Of a DNA stretch of 64,000 nt, positions 47,929 to 60,700 are shown piece by piece. Each line of letters opens with the position of its first letter. Position 1 is the first letter of the stretch. Both the position numbers and the translations under genes were made by a program. The notes under the pieces were generated by a model that was not told the DNA's origin, did no database searches, and was given only the letters and a program-made list of their open reading frames with translations. Source of the stretch: Amoebophrya sp. A120 (Eukaryota; Protista; Dinoflagellata). The stretch spans positions 5,392,258 through 5,456,257 of the forward strand of contig CAJINV010000004.1 of assembly GCA_905178155.1 (NCBI GenBank), written 5' to 3'.

Positions 47929-50900
47929 CTACCACGGCCCGTAGCAGTCGAGGAGCTCGGCCTTGGTGCGCACATCCGGGTTGTTCTCCCCGGCCACGGT
48001 GACACGGATGTCTTCCAGGCTGGTTCGCTGCCGGTTACCCGCGACCGCGGTCGCCAGTGCGGTGGCCCCGGCGCGCGTGATAAACACGTGGTCCGCCAAA
48101 TCTAAAAACGTCAAGCTCGTGTTCTGCTTGAGCACCCGCGCCAGCGCGAAACACCCCTGGTCCGTAATGCCCCGGCCGGGAGGCCGCTTGTTGGTCGCCC
48201 TGCCCGCCGCGTTCCACTCCGACCCCGCCGAGGTGCCGAGCAGTGACACGTATTGCAGGTTCAGCTTTTCCGCCTTCAGTAGTGCGAACGCCAGGCTCTG
48301 GACCCCGTCGTCAGAGAAAGCGTTCTGGCCAAGCGAGAGGGACTTCAGCGCTACGCCGTTTTGGGCCAGGGCGACCGCAAGAAATGCGAGTCCAAGATCC
48401 CCGATGCGGTTGCCGGCCAGCGAGACCGTTTGCAGGACCGAGGTCGGCAGGAAACACGCGAGCGTCTTCGCAAAAGTGTCGGTCGGGTATGACAGAGTGG
48501 GAGAAAAGTTTAAATTAACGTGCTGCGAGCACATCAGGGCACGAAAAATTTATGCACATTTATTTCAGTCGCGTACTACTTGACTAGTAAATGGAAAAAT
48601 CAAATCACAGAAGATCATCTCGCCTGCTCCTCCACTATACCGTATGAATACTCGACAACATCAATGAATAAAATGCTAGTAGTACAAGAGTCTCTAGGTG
48701 GTCTGCGCCGCGAAAGATTCGAAAATGTTCAGCCGCTGTGCTCGCAGAGAAAATTCAAGAAATTCTATTTCCGTCTGATACCAACCCTTTTGTATTCAGC
48801 GCCAGGGCCTGCAACGACGAGAGGTTGTGCGCGAGAAATTTGGCGAAATGTCGTGTGTCTGCGGACATAAGCGCGACGCTGTGCCTCGTTTCCGTACATG
48901 CGATGCTAAGCTGCGTGAACAGGTCTTCTAGCTCCTGCCTCGACCCGTAAAAAGATGAACTGGCACTACTATGTTCCTCCTCGGTTGTTTTTGTTGTGCT
49001 ATCGAGTACCCCATCGCCCTCCAGAATCACCGTGTCCAGAGAGTCGTGCATGCTCAGGATTTGTAGCAGCTGCCCACTGCACTCGCCGTGCGCCCACAGA
49101 AGGCTGGTCAGCTTGTGACGGTGTTCAAACGCGCGGGCGTGCGAAAACTGCTCCAGCACGCGCATATGCATTGCAAAAGCATGACCATCTTCTTCGCACG
49201 ACGTACTTATAAACCAAAATCGCATGACAATCTTTAAAAAAAAAAAAAAATGCAATTTGTAATGCTGTCTTCCCTTACCTCATAGATTTGTCATGCAACA
49301 CTGCGATGAGTTATACGAGTATACGATACTTTTGCAATACATAGCGCAGACTCTCTTCAAAGCCGTGGTGTTCGAACACACGAACGGTGTACTCGCCTAT
49401 GCTGTGAAAAAACGTCCCAATCCAAGACTTGTCATGCGAATCTGCAAGCCTAGAATGAATGTCTCTCATGCGCACCAGCCCCATGAGGACCATTCCCTAG
49501 TGCTATCTTTGAGTTTGTCATGCTGGAATCAGGATAGGGTGGTCCATTTGTCATGCGGTTTTACTAGCCAAACAGGACAACTACAACACGAGCTCAAGCT
49601 TGTCATGCTCGACAGGCAAAACTTGTGGCTTTGTGTAGCAGATTCCCCATCTACTTGACTATGGAATCGTGGAGACATTTTTACTTTAGGATATCGCCAC
49701 CGCTTTCGTAGTGGGTTTTCACGGTTTCTAGTAGCTTCGACACCTGCGCGCTGCGTTCGGGGAACTGCTTGATCACGAAGAAATTGGGGCTGGCGTTGGA
49801 GTTGTTGTGCACCGCACCCTCTTCCTCGACACCCTGCCGCGGCGAGGCTTTGGCTTGTCGCCGCCCCATATGTTGTTGAGGAGCATCTTCCCCGCGGGGC
49901 GTGGTGGCGGCTGAGGAGATATCATCGGGCCGCGGCTCCGAGTAAGATAAATCGTCCTCCTCTGTTGAGCCTGGTCTCCTCTGCTGCTCAAAGAAAAAAC
50001 CCACGGGCGCGTCGTTCTCCGCATCGGGCTCGCTATAATTTCTTATGCGAGTATCATCCTCGTCAGGCCGCGACAAGGTGGTCGGCACAGGCACATCAAT
50101 CTTCGCCTCCCGCCCGGCGCTCCCTGATGTTATTATCCCCGTCCTCCTGTCGCCGAAAGTACAACTAGAGGGCAACATCTTCAACCTTGTGCAGTTGAAC
50201 CGGTTTAGAGAGATAAACGACTTCTGTTGCTGCAAGTCGACGTTTATAATTCCGTCTTCATCTTGATCTTCATCCCGATGAGTATTTTTTGTGTTCTTGC
50301 CGCCGATCGCTTCCACTTCGCCCTCCTCGTTCATCGCATTTTTCGCAGGAGATGACGTCCTCCTCGTAGAAACATCCGTCGGCAGAACCAGATCCACCCG
50401 CCAGTTGCCGGTAAGATACGTGGAATTTTGAAGGAAGGTGGAGACCACGCCAGCCGACGAGGATGAAGACGCACCTATTGCTCCCAGTTCGCCGCCCGCC
50501 CCTCTGGCGGTGTTGGTCATTCTTGTTGTGCCCAAACCCTCTGGCGAAAAATGCGACCGAACGAGCGAGCTTTGATGATGTTGATCCGTATTAATTACAT
50601 CACCAAAAGAACCGGCAAACCACCCGATCTGCTCCTGTCGCTTGGCATTCCATTCCGCCAGAAGCCAGGCTTTCAGCTTGCCGACATCTATAACCCCCTT
50701 CGGTTCTGCTTGGTCGTGTTTGGTGTCGGTTTCTGTGTTTTCCTCCAACATCTCCTTCCTTTTTTTCGCAGCACCGCTCGCTTTGTTGGAACAAGGAGCC
50801 TCCTCTTTTACCGAACCAACACCAAATCCCTCAGGGACGAGAAAGCGCTCCACGTTTTCTACACGCAACACTTCCCCGTTCAGTGAGTAGAAATCCAGAA

Positions 50901-51252
50901 CTACTTTATTACCATTTCCGCTCCCAAAATTGCCTGTTGCAGTGTTGTGCCGACCATCTTCGGTGCTCCAACCGTGCTGTTCCTCCGACGCAGCTGGGCC
51001 TTGTTTATTGTCAGACGGAAGGGCAGGCTCTGATGTCATCAACCTCGCGCCTTTATTCAGATCGTGAGAGAACAATCTTCGCTCCACGGTCTCGCTCCAC
51101 TTGATCGCGCCGTAGTTCCTGCGGTCACCACGGAGGACGGAATGCGCACCAGAGCCGGAGAACGCAGAGCCGCACACGCCACCACAGACGAAGTGCACGA
51201 GCTGCGCCAAAGACGAAAAGAGCTTGCCGTTAGCGCCATCCAGGATGTCCAT
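47929..51252 (-). CDS. RNI-like leucine-rich-repeat protein; at least 4 exons
   Basis: LQTVSLAGNRIGDLG, LKSLSLGQNAFSDDG, NTSLTFLDLADH repeats. Exons join via introners 49398-49693 and 49165-49343 and an intron starting at ~48781. Confidence 0.8.
49165..49343. mobile_element. Introner/MITE family D
   Basis: Ends tatgcattgcaaaag / cttttgcaatacata; perfect TSD GCGCA; removal gives ESLR-VLEQF. Confidence 0.85.
49398..49693. mobile_element. Introner/MITE family B-like
   Basis: Ends tatgctgtgaaaaaacgtccc / ggagacatttttactttaggata; perfect TSD TCGCC; removal gives ESGG-EYTVR. Confidence 0.85.
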
Positions 51253-52327
51253 CTCGAAATTTGTATATGCGAGGGAAAGAGGTGGACTTTTCGGCGAGTG
51301 TGCCGTTTAGGTGTGTGGGTGGGTGGGCAGAGGGGTAGATGTGAAATCAATGAATCTTGGTTTGGCCGATGTACTTGATGTAAGAAGTACAACCATCGTC
51401 AACAAGCAAATCCAGACGTGTGCGTCAAAAATCTGAAAGACGAAAATAGCGATGAAGCACTGCTCTTCACGACTGGATCAGTTCCTCAAAGGGGGCCTAT
51501 TATATCGAAAAGCTTCCGGGTCGCTGGGCTATGCGTCTGTACCAGCGAAGGTAGTAGCGATCAAGTACGAGGTGAGCGGGGTAAACGACCGTGGAAAGGG
51601 GTAGTAGAGTACTGGAAACGACATGAAAAGATCTGGCTCAACCACATCTTGAAGTAGGCCCGAGGTTTAGCACTCATCGTCATCGTCATCTTCTTAGTAG
51701 CATAATTGTGTCCTAAATCAATAGTCTGTCATAGAAAAGACCGAGCCGCTTGCACATCGTCGATTTCGATGTGTCACAAGAATAAAGCTGCTGAACAAAT
51801 AAATGCGCATTGTGGAGCCGCCACAAAACTACTCGTGTTTCGTATCTTCTGCCACTCAGTCCATCGTTTCGAGTGAGGACAGAGTGAACGCACCCAGTCT
51901 GCTAGCAGTGAATCTCGACAACTTCTCAACTCCAAGCGCCCAAACATCCTTGGGGGGCCTGCAATCAGGATCAACAGATCCTGCTCGGAACAACTCCTCT
52001 GATGAATAAGAAAGCGTCATCGCGGCCGAGTTTCGAACTCGTGTTTCTTTATCATGCACCTTCAAGGAGCAGGAGGTGCAGCAGCTTTTCTTGATCTCCC
52101 AGGAAGACCATGGTGCCTTTGTGTAGTAGGAAGGCGGGACGACCCCAGGGGCAACATCAACTACTTCACCTTAGGCGTAGTGCATTCTTCAACGTCGCTG
52201 TTCTTCAAACATCCTCCTTCTTCCTCACTGATGACACCGAACTTCGCGCACGAACATAGGGATGTCGTAGATGTAAAATCAAATCCAAAACTCAACCACT
52301 CTATTTTTTGCTGCTTTTCCGTAAGTG

Positions 52328-52372
<45 letters not shown>
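52328..52372. repeat. (CAT)15 microsatellite
   Basis: Direct inspection. Confidence 0.95.
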
Positions 52373-52374
<2 letters not shown>

Positions 52375-52413
52375 ACGCGCTAGCCGGGACTTTTGTTCAG
52401 AAGTGCAACTTAT

Positions 52414-53769
52414 TCAAACTGCACGATACATATCCCTCGTGTCGCAGCTCTTTGGAAAGCGCATCCCCCTCGAAAACTGCTTATTTTCTCTCCAGCACTC
52501 AGGAGTGCCAGCAAACATCTTCCGCGCGTCCGCGACCTTCTTGACGTTCCACCGAAGGGGATCTATCGGCGCGAACGACTTGCAGTAGTAAAACATGTGG
52601 TTCATCGATTTCGCGGAGCGCGTATCCCATGACCCCAACGGCTGGTTAAACTTCCCGCAGGCGTAGAAGGCTTCGGTGAAGTCTTCCACGGAGGAGACGT
52701 CCCATGCGGTCACGTCGCCATTGAAAGCGCGACAATAGCGGAAAATGCGGCTCATGTCCAACACTCCTGCCGTGTTCCAGCTCGTGATGTCAAAGTCCTG
52801 GAGCACAGCTTCAATCCACTCAAAATTACGCGGGAGCCTCGGCTCGCCAACCCCGTAATAGTGCGGGCAGAATAGTGCGCGCAGACTCTCCACGCCCGAA
52901 ACGTCCCAAGCGCCCATCGGTCCGAATTCACGAAGAACTCTTCGTTTTTCCGTACGTGCCTGGGCGAGCGTCCAGTCCCGGATACGCGGCGACGGTGGGT
53001 CGGTACGGTATTCCACGTACTCCGACCAACAGCACCTGGCAAACCATGCCTCACCTTCCTCCTTTTCCCGGGCGTACTCACTCCCCTCTCCGTGGTCAGA
53101 ATACGACAGCTTATCGTTACGCCAGCACGCCTCGAATGCGTCCCAGTGGAAATTCGCGGCCATGGTAAAGATTGCGTCCGACAGCGTCTCTCTGTCCTCG
53201 AACCGCTTGTATACCGGGTCGAAAAATTTGATCCCTCCCGAGCCGTCGTACCGTGCACGAGCGGGGCTGCAAGGGGACTGATCCTCAACGGAGTCGCGCG
53301 CCGGGCTGCTGTCGTCTTCCTGGCCATCGCGCGTTTCGGTCTCCGCGACTTCTGCGGCGTCCTGCCCCGCGTCCGCCATTTCCGCGAGAAAGTGGTCGAG
53401 ATCGATGTCGAAGCTGTCTGGGTCTTCTACGGTAAGTTGCACCAGACCCGCTCCGATCGCCGGCTCTTCGCGCTGCTGGTCGTGCCTGCTGCAGGAACGC
53501 ACCTTCTCAGCGATTTCGGAAGAAGCATCCACGAAAAGCTCAATCCGTTGCCAGGGTTGCCAGCGACTGCCGTTTGCCGTCTTCAGCGCCTGCGCCACCG
53601 CCATCTTGATATCAACAAGCGTGACCTGGCGGGAGCACTGATCATACCAGAATTCGTGGCGCCAGGGGAACTCGAGTTTCAACTCATTTCCGGAGGCAAG
53701 GTTCGCCACTGTTACCGCGGGTTGCTTTGCGCACCATTCCTGAATTTTCTTCTGCTCTGCGGACATCAT
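52414..53769 (-). CDS. DUF285 / BspA-type LRR repeat protein
   Basis: Repeats WDVSGVESL, ITSWNTAGVLDMSRIF, FNGDVTAWDVSSVEDF, FNQPLGSWDTRSAKSMNHMF. Confidence 0.85.
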   Translation of the reverse strand: MMSAEQKKIQEWCAKQPAVTVANLASGNELKLEFPWRHEFWYDQCSRQVTLVDIKMAVAQALKTANGSRWQPWQRIELFVDASSEIAEKVRSCSRHDQQREEPAIGAGLVQLTVEDPDSFDIDLDHFLAEMADAGQDAAEVAETETRDGQEDDSSPARDSVEDQSPCSPARARYDGSGGIKFFDPVYKRFEDRETLSDAIFTMAANFHWDAFEACWRNDKLSYSDHGEGSEYAREKEEGEAWFARCCWSEYVEYRTDPPSPRIRDWTLAQARTEKRRVLREFGPMGAWDVSGVESLRALFCPHYYGVGEPRLPRNFEWIEAVLQDFDITSWNTAGVLDMSRIFRYCRAFNGDVTAWDVSSVEDFTEAFYACGKFNQPLGSWDTRSAKSMNHMFYYCKSFAPIDPLRWNVKKVADARKMFAGTPECWRENKQFSRGMRFPKSCDTRDMYRAV

Positions 53770-54705
53770 ACCAAACCTAGTAACTTCGTGCTCTCTATTC
53801 CAATGCAGACTACTTTATTCAACTTTGTGTCTCGTAACTTTTCATTACCACTTCTTGCAAGACGAAATGTGGAAGCAAAGGCTGCGAGCCAATCACTACG
53901 ACTAGCACAGCGACTCTTCCAGCACGAATCCCGACAGCTTCTTTATTGCCTCTCGAAATTGTGTCCCTCTGCACTTTTCGATTCTCGCAGACGAATGTTT
54001 CTCGCATAGCAGTAAGGCTTTCCTAGATGTGCACAATCATAATAGTGTGGTAAGAATAAACGCATGTGTCGACTCGCGCGAAAAAAGTGATCTGCAGCCG
54101 GGCTCCCACCAATCGAAACGAACGAGAACACCTGCACTCCAGCTGTCAAAAGAATAGCAAATACGACTGTCTTTCGAAATAACGGTGGATCTTTTAAGAA
54201 CTAAGAGCAAAGCTATTTATTGTCCTTCGCAGCAGAATAGCAAAATCCTGTTTCCACAAGGACAACTTGCTGCCTCAGAATTTCATCTCATGATAACACA
54301 GTATCTCTTTCTTTCTGTTTTCAAACCAAAGGACTAGGACTTTCAGATAACTCTCTCGTCAAGGGTCGTAAGACAAACAAGAAGTGTTGGTGTAAGAGAG
54401 AGTGCTTAAATCCGCTGCAAACGCCTTGCAGTACTGAAAAACCCAGTACCCGATAGATCCTGTTGAGAACCGGATCACCAGGCAAAGATTTTCCGTGGAG
54501 CGCGCTGCTTTGCTGAACTGTCTGACTGCGTGGTAATTTTCGTCAAACGTTCACTTCTCATTTTTGTGAACGAGAGTAAATCTGTGTAGCAAGCACTCCC
54601 AACTACATCGTGAAAAGCTCAGAAGCAAAAGTAAAAAGAAAAAGTCGGTGAGTCAAAAATCTCGCTCTTGAACTTCTAGGGGAGATGTTGACTGTGCCAC
54701 ACCTC

Positions 54706-57700
54706 TTACACGTGATCCGACAGGTTGGCGAAAGTCGTTTCCAACTCGGTCTATCAAGTGCAAAAATGTCTGGGTCTGGAAGAGTGTAGACTTGTCATGC
54801 AGATTTTCCATGACCCGTGAGGTCTGGAATGCGGGACTTAGCGTGACAGACTCTGCGAGGTCTCTGCCATGCCTATTCTGCATGAGAAACTCCGTTCCAA
54901 CTTGGTCAAAAGCGGACAGCTTTTGGCACTCATGCAACACAGATTTTTGCATGCTTCAGATTTACCATGACAAGTTGCAATCTTCCAGACCCAGACATTT
55001 TTGCAACTCATACGGTCACCAACTGCCCGTACACTGTCTTGAAGTGCTGGTCCGGCTGTCGGGGCAACTCGAACTTCATGTTTGTGATCTTCACAATCTA
55101 TCCTGAGTAAAAACGTACCCACACCATAGTTGTCATGCAAATCTGCATGCTTAAAATGTTTGTCATGCGGAGCCCCATGAGAAGCATTTTCTAAGGGTAT
55201 TTCGAAATTTGTCATGCTCCAATCAGCATGAGAGACTAGATCTGTAATGCTGCTGAACTAGCTCAAACAGCACTACACTACGCGTCCAAATTTGTCATGC
55301 GAAACAAGCAAAGTTGGCCGATTTGTCTAGCAGATTTTCCATCTTGACTCTGGTGTGGGTACATTTTTGCTAAGGATACAATCTGCTCCCTCATCACGGT
55401 GTAGATCAAACCTAATCGAGTTTTTTTGTCGACGTACTGCATCGTGGTCTGTAACTATGCCTGCTGTGAAGCATACTTTCTGCAAGGAAATCCAAAAGTA
55501 GACAAAAAAATTCAATAGGCCAGACCCGGCAGGCCCTTTTTCGGTAGGTAGTGCAGTAGGGTAGTGCGATGAACTAGATAGATTAACGCTAGCGAAACAG
55601 GTGCGCGCCCTCAGTGTCCTTCTGTTGGCAATTTTTCTGTCCTACCTACCTACCCACCACAATGCACCTGACGCACGTTCGCGGTAGCTGGCCTACCTAC
55701 CTACTAGTAGCTCTGGTAGGTTGGTTGGCAACTGCAGCTGGCCTCGCTCAAACAAGCCCGACCTACCTACTTCAAGTATGACCGCGCCCGGTCTTGATCA
55801 GAAAATCTACCCGACCTACCTACTTGAAGCTACTGACCATCAGCGTGCCCGTTCTTGATTTGCCCGACCTACCTACTTTAAGCGACTGACCGCGCTCGGC
55901 CCTAGTCATAGTCATAAAATCTGCCCGCCCTACCTTCTTAAAGTGACTGGCCACCCCTGGTCTTGATCGCATGGCCATGCGATCTACCCGACCTACCTAC
56001 TTGAACCTACTAACCGCGCCCGGTCTTGCTTAGAAAATCTACCCGACCTACCTACTTGAAGCTGCTGACCATCAGCATGCCCATTCTTGATCTACCCGAC
56101 CTACCTACTTGAAGCGACTGACCACGCTCGGCCGGCCTAGTCATAGTCATATAAATCTGCCCGACCTACCTACTTAAAGTGACTGGCCACCCCTGGTCTT
56201 GATCGCATGGCCATGCGATCTACCCGACCTACCTACTTGAAGCCACTAACCGCGCCCGGTCTTGATTAGAAAATCTACCCGACCTACCTACTTGACATTG
56301 TAGCGTGCCAGCCACTGGGGAGGCTCGACCCGCCCGACCTACCTGCCTGGCGCCGTTGCTAGTCGCTAGATGTGGCCAGGGTGAGAGGCCGAATCTCCTC
56401 GACCTACCTACCCGAGGCGCTTTTTAGTTGCCCGCGCCGCCCTCTCAGGGGTTTCATTCAGATCTACCCGACCTACCTACTAAAGGTTGATGGCTGTACT
56501 AGACAGCCCCTACCACCAGAGGCGTCGGGGCTACCCGACCGACCTACCAAAAGGCGCGGCGCCGCGGGTCACAAAATTTTTTGTGTGTCCGCGCGAAACA
56601 AAGTGCTTTCCTTTGGCCGAAAGCAACCCGGGGCCTAGGGGTAACGGGCGCGGCCGATAGGCGCGGGCGCCAAATGCAAGCGGAATACGGGCGCCCCAGT
56701 CTGGGCCGGGGCCACGCCTGGCCCCAATTTTGACGCTGCCTTCCGGCCTAATTCCACTAAAGCCTCTGCCAAATCTGGCTCAAACCCGGGGCGGCCCGGA
56801 ATTCCCCCCGGGCTCGCCGCCCGGAAATGCGTGGACGGCCAAACTTTGACGCCGTCCCCCGGCCTAATTCCAATGCAGCCCTTTTCGAATCTGGCGAAAA
56901 TCTGGGGAAAATATTCGCCCCCAGAAAAGTGCCCGGACTTGAGCCAGACCCGGGAAAATCTATCCTCGGAGGAAGGGGGGCATGCGCATGGACCCGGGTG
57001 CCGGGGGGCGGCGACGAGCGCCTCCGGGGTTCGGGGCAGTGCCGGGCTGGTGCGCCCGGGGCCGGCCGGGGAAAGTAGCGCGCGCGGGCCGGCGGTCGCA
57101 GGCCGCGAGCGAGGCGGGCGGGCTGAGCTAACAGTTGGCCGCGGCCTTCTTCCAGCGCCAATTATTTGCGCGCCCCCGCATAAATTAAAAGCCGCGGGGA
57201 TCCGCGTCGCTGCAGCCGGTCTCCCCCCCTAAACCTACCGCCCCCCCGCGCAAACAAATCGGCGCGGGCCGGGCGATGTAGGTTGGTATCTCCGCCCAAT
57301 TCTTTGTCTTTGAGTGCCTGCGGAGTGCGTTCCGGTTGCAGGTTCCTGGGTTTTCCATTTCGTGACAGGAGTGCAGATTTGTGCGTGTTGTGCACTTCCG
57401 ACTGCATGACAGAGATTGTTTCTCGGTTTCAAATGAGCACTACACTTTTTCAAAAAGTCTAGTGCTCATTTGAAACCGAAAAGCCATCTACTGCTGTCAT
57501 CTACCTACCTACCTACCGTACCTACTGACAAACCGAAAGCTTCGGCTTGTCAGTAGGTAGGTAGACAGCTGAGCTGCCTGTTGTGACGCCACCCGAGGCA
57601 GCACTGCGCCCGCTGTTGCCAGGGCCGGCCTACCGACCTACCCCGGCGTCGCCGCCGCCGCCGCCTGGCAAGTCTTTCTGTAAATGTAGTGCGTGGGCTG

Positions 57701-60700
57701 CATGACTGAGAACAACACGGCTGCAGAATTGTCATGCCGAAACGAAGTCTGTATCTGTAACGCGTGCGCGTGCCTCGCGCACTTTTATTTTTGAAAATGC
57801 CTGTCGTGATGCTGAGGCTCGGCATAGTTTGAACCTTCCAGGCCCAAACACGTTTGCAACGCGTGCCGCCGCTCCGAGCCAGGGTATCCACATGCAGTGC
57901 GCTCTCAGAGCACTTGTCTGCAAAGGTGTCCAGGTTTGCACTCTTACGCGTCTTGCGAAGCGAAGAGATACAGATATGTCATGCACATCATGCATAATTA
58001 AAGCCTTTAATCATGCATGATGTGCATGACATATCTGTATCTCCTTTATGGGAGGATATTAGGCTGAACGACTATAAAATCCCTTCGAAGACAGCTGGAA
58101 CTGCTCTGAGGGCTCATTTTTCGCATCCGGTCCCGTTCTTCTTGGAAGTTAGCTAGCGTTAATCTATCTAGTTCATCGCACTACCCTACTGCACTACCTA
58201 CCGAAAAAGGGCCTGCCGGGTCTGGCCTACTCAAAAAATTATACATCTTCACATGCAAAATCCTATAAGTACTTCTTACCCCAGGTGATCTTCTTGTCTC
58301 CGGTTGACTCCACAATCATCTTCTGCGCGGTGTCGTGGAACAATGCGATGACCTTCATCATACCGATCGTCTTCGCCAGGGGGCACATGAAGTCGTAGTC
58401 GGAGAAACCGTTCTGCTGCAAGAAGTCCTCACGGATAATCTTAGCCACCTCCAAGGTGCACTTCTGATCCTCAGACAAGGAATCCTTTCCGACCAACTGC
58501 ACAATCTCCTGCAAGTCGTCTTCCTTCTGCAAGATTTCCTTGAAGGTCTGGACCAAGCGGCCGTACTCCGGATCGTAGTTGGCTTCGAAAAACGGACACA
58601 GGATGCGGACGTACCTGATTATCAGGAGTGGGAATGATAGATAGATTCGCAATAAAAATGATAGATCAACAGCAATAAAACGAGAGTCTGAGGCTCATGT
58701 TTTGCATGACGATTTGAATGGAAGAGAAGAAGCTAGGTGCAAGACAGGTTAGTTTCTTGACTACGAGGAATAAAATCAAAGTATACTTGGAGAAGCTGAT
58801 CGTCCAGTCCAGCGACGGAAAGTGCTTTCGCTGCGCGAGCTTCTTCGACAACCCCCAGAACACCTGCACGATGGACAGCGTCGCGCTCGTAACGGGGTCC
58901 GTCATATCACCACCCGGTGGGGACACGGCTCCGACGATGGACACGGAGCCCTCCCGGTCGGGCGTCCCGATGCAGTTCACGCGGCCGGACCGTTCGTAGA
59001 AGGACGCCAACCTGGCACCGAGGTAGGCCGGGTACCCGCTGTCGGCCGGCATCTCCCCCAACCGTCCCGCCATCTCACGCAGCGCCTCGGCCCACCGGGA
59101 GGTGGAGTCCGCCATCATACCCACGTTGAAACCTTGGTCGCGGAAGTACTCGGCGGTTGTAACACCGGTGTAGATCGACGCCTCACGGGCCGCGACCGGC
59201 ATGTTCGAGGTGTTGGCCACGAGAGTGGTTCGCTGCATGATCTCCTCCTCTTTGCCCTCGATCAGCGTCGTAAGCTCGGGAAAGTCGCACAGCACCTCGG
59301 CCATCTCGTTGCCACGCTCGCCGCACCCCACGTACACCACGACATCTGATTTTTTTTCCGCGGTCTCGCCTAGTTCCACCAAAGGAACAAAGGTCAGGAA
59401 ATCTCTATTTTTTTTTCAGCACATGAACTACGTGATAAAGAAGCAGCACCACGACACATTGTTTTGTAAATCATCAGCGATATTATTAAAAGTACCTGTG
59501 TTCGAGTATTTCGAAAGCGCTTGGGAGATGACGGTCTTTCCACAACCGAAAGCGCCGGGGACCGCCGCGGTACCACCCAAGGTCATTGGGAACAGCGCGT
59601 CGCACACCCGCTGGCACGTCAGCATCGCAACCTCGCCGCGCAATTTTTCCTTGGTCGGCCGGGGCTCGCGGATCGGCCACTTGTTATCGAGTGCACAACT
59701 ATCGGACTTGATGCTTCTGTTGTAATACAACGAACTCCATGATGACAAAGACAAATCCACTTTTATTCATGCATGGGAAATTTTATTTTCATTTTGAATA
59801 GTCTTGCAGAAGCTCCTTCCACTAGTTGTACGATAGTTCTTTTGCAATGCATATTTGTGCATCATCTGCAGCTGCTCCTTCTTTCCACTGGGCGTGTCCA
59901 GGACCAGCAGGGTGTCCAAAATTTTGTAATTCCCCGCGTCCTATCGAGTGCAGACATGTCTGAGCATGGAAACTTGTAATGCTAAGTCAGGAAAGAACGA
60001 TAAAGGCTCTGTAAAAATGCACAGGACTGCCACGCATGCGAGAAAGTAGTTGCGCACCTAGGTGCTGCGCGTTCCGCATGACAAACTTTCTTTCTGAATG
60101 ACAAGCAAAATGCTTTTTCGTGGTGAGTCCGCATCACAAACTACTGCGCCGTCACGTTAGACAAGCATGACAAATCTTGCGCCTACCTTCCACACCCAGA
60201 CATCTTTGCAGTGGATACGCCCATGATTTGCGCCACGCGCCCCTGCGACTTCGGCGGGATCATGATTCTGTGCTCGCGGAACAGCCCGTTCTCCCGCACG
60301 ATGCCAAAGATGTCGCCGCCCGTTAGCATGTCGCCGACCTTGATCCCCGGAAACGGGCGGAACTCCCACGACTTTCCCCGGTTCAAGTTGTCGACCTCAA
60401 GTTATCAAAAAGAAAAAACTGTCTCAGACTCAACTTCCAATAAGGACACTCACTCCGTGAGACAGTTTTCTGTCATACTCCACATGCGCGAAGGGCGTCC
60501 TTCAAATGCATGTTTTGTCTCTTGTGACTTTTACGCATCACAGATTCCCTTGTGCGTCATGCTGACGAAATTTATTGTGTTGCTGAGTCTGCAAAGGTTT
60601 GGGACTGAGACAGCTTTTTTCATCTTGGATACCACGCCGCGCTTGATGAACACGGACCCCGTGTCGTTCATGATCCGCTCCAACGGACGCTGGATACCGT

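Noticed and set aside
52308-52588. Poly-His / poly-Ile / poly-Ser ORFs
   Set aside because: They come from the (CAT)15 microsatellite downstream of the DUF285 gene.
753-55215. Recurring peptide motifs in the ORF track ([36 protein letters not shown])
   Set aside because: They are translations of the family-A TIR and interior in different frames, not a protein family.
55755-56550. CRISPR-like repeat-spacer appearance
   Set aside because: The spacers are themselves duplicated and related, the context is eukaryotic, there are no cas genes, and the array lies inside a TIR element.
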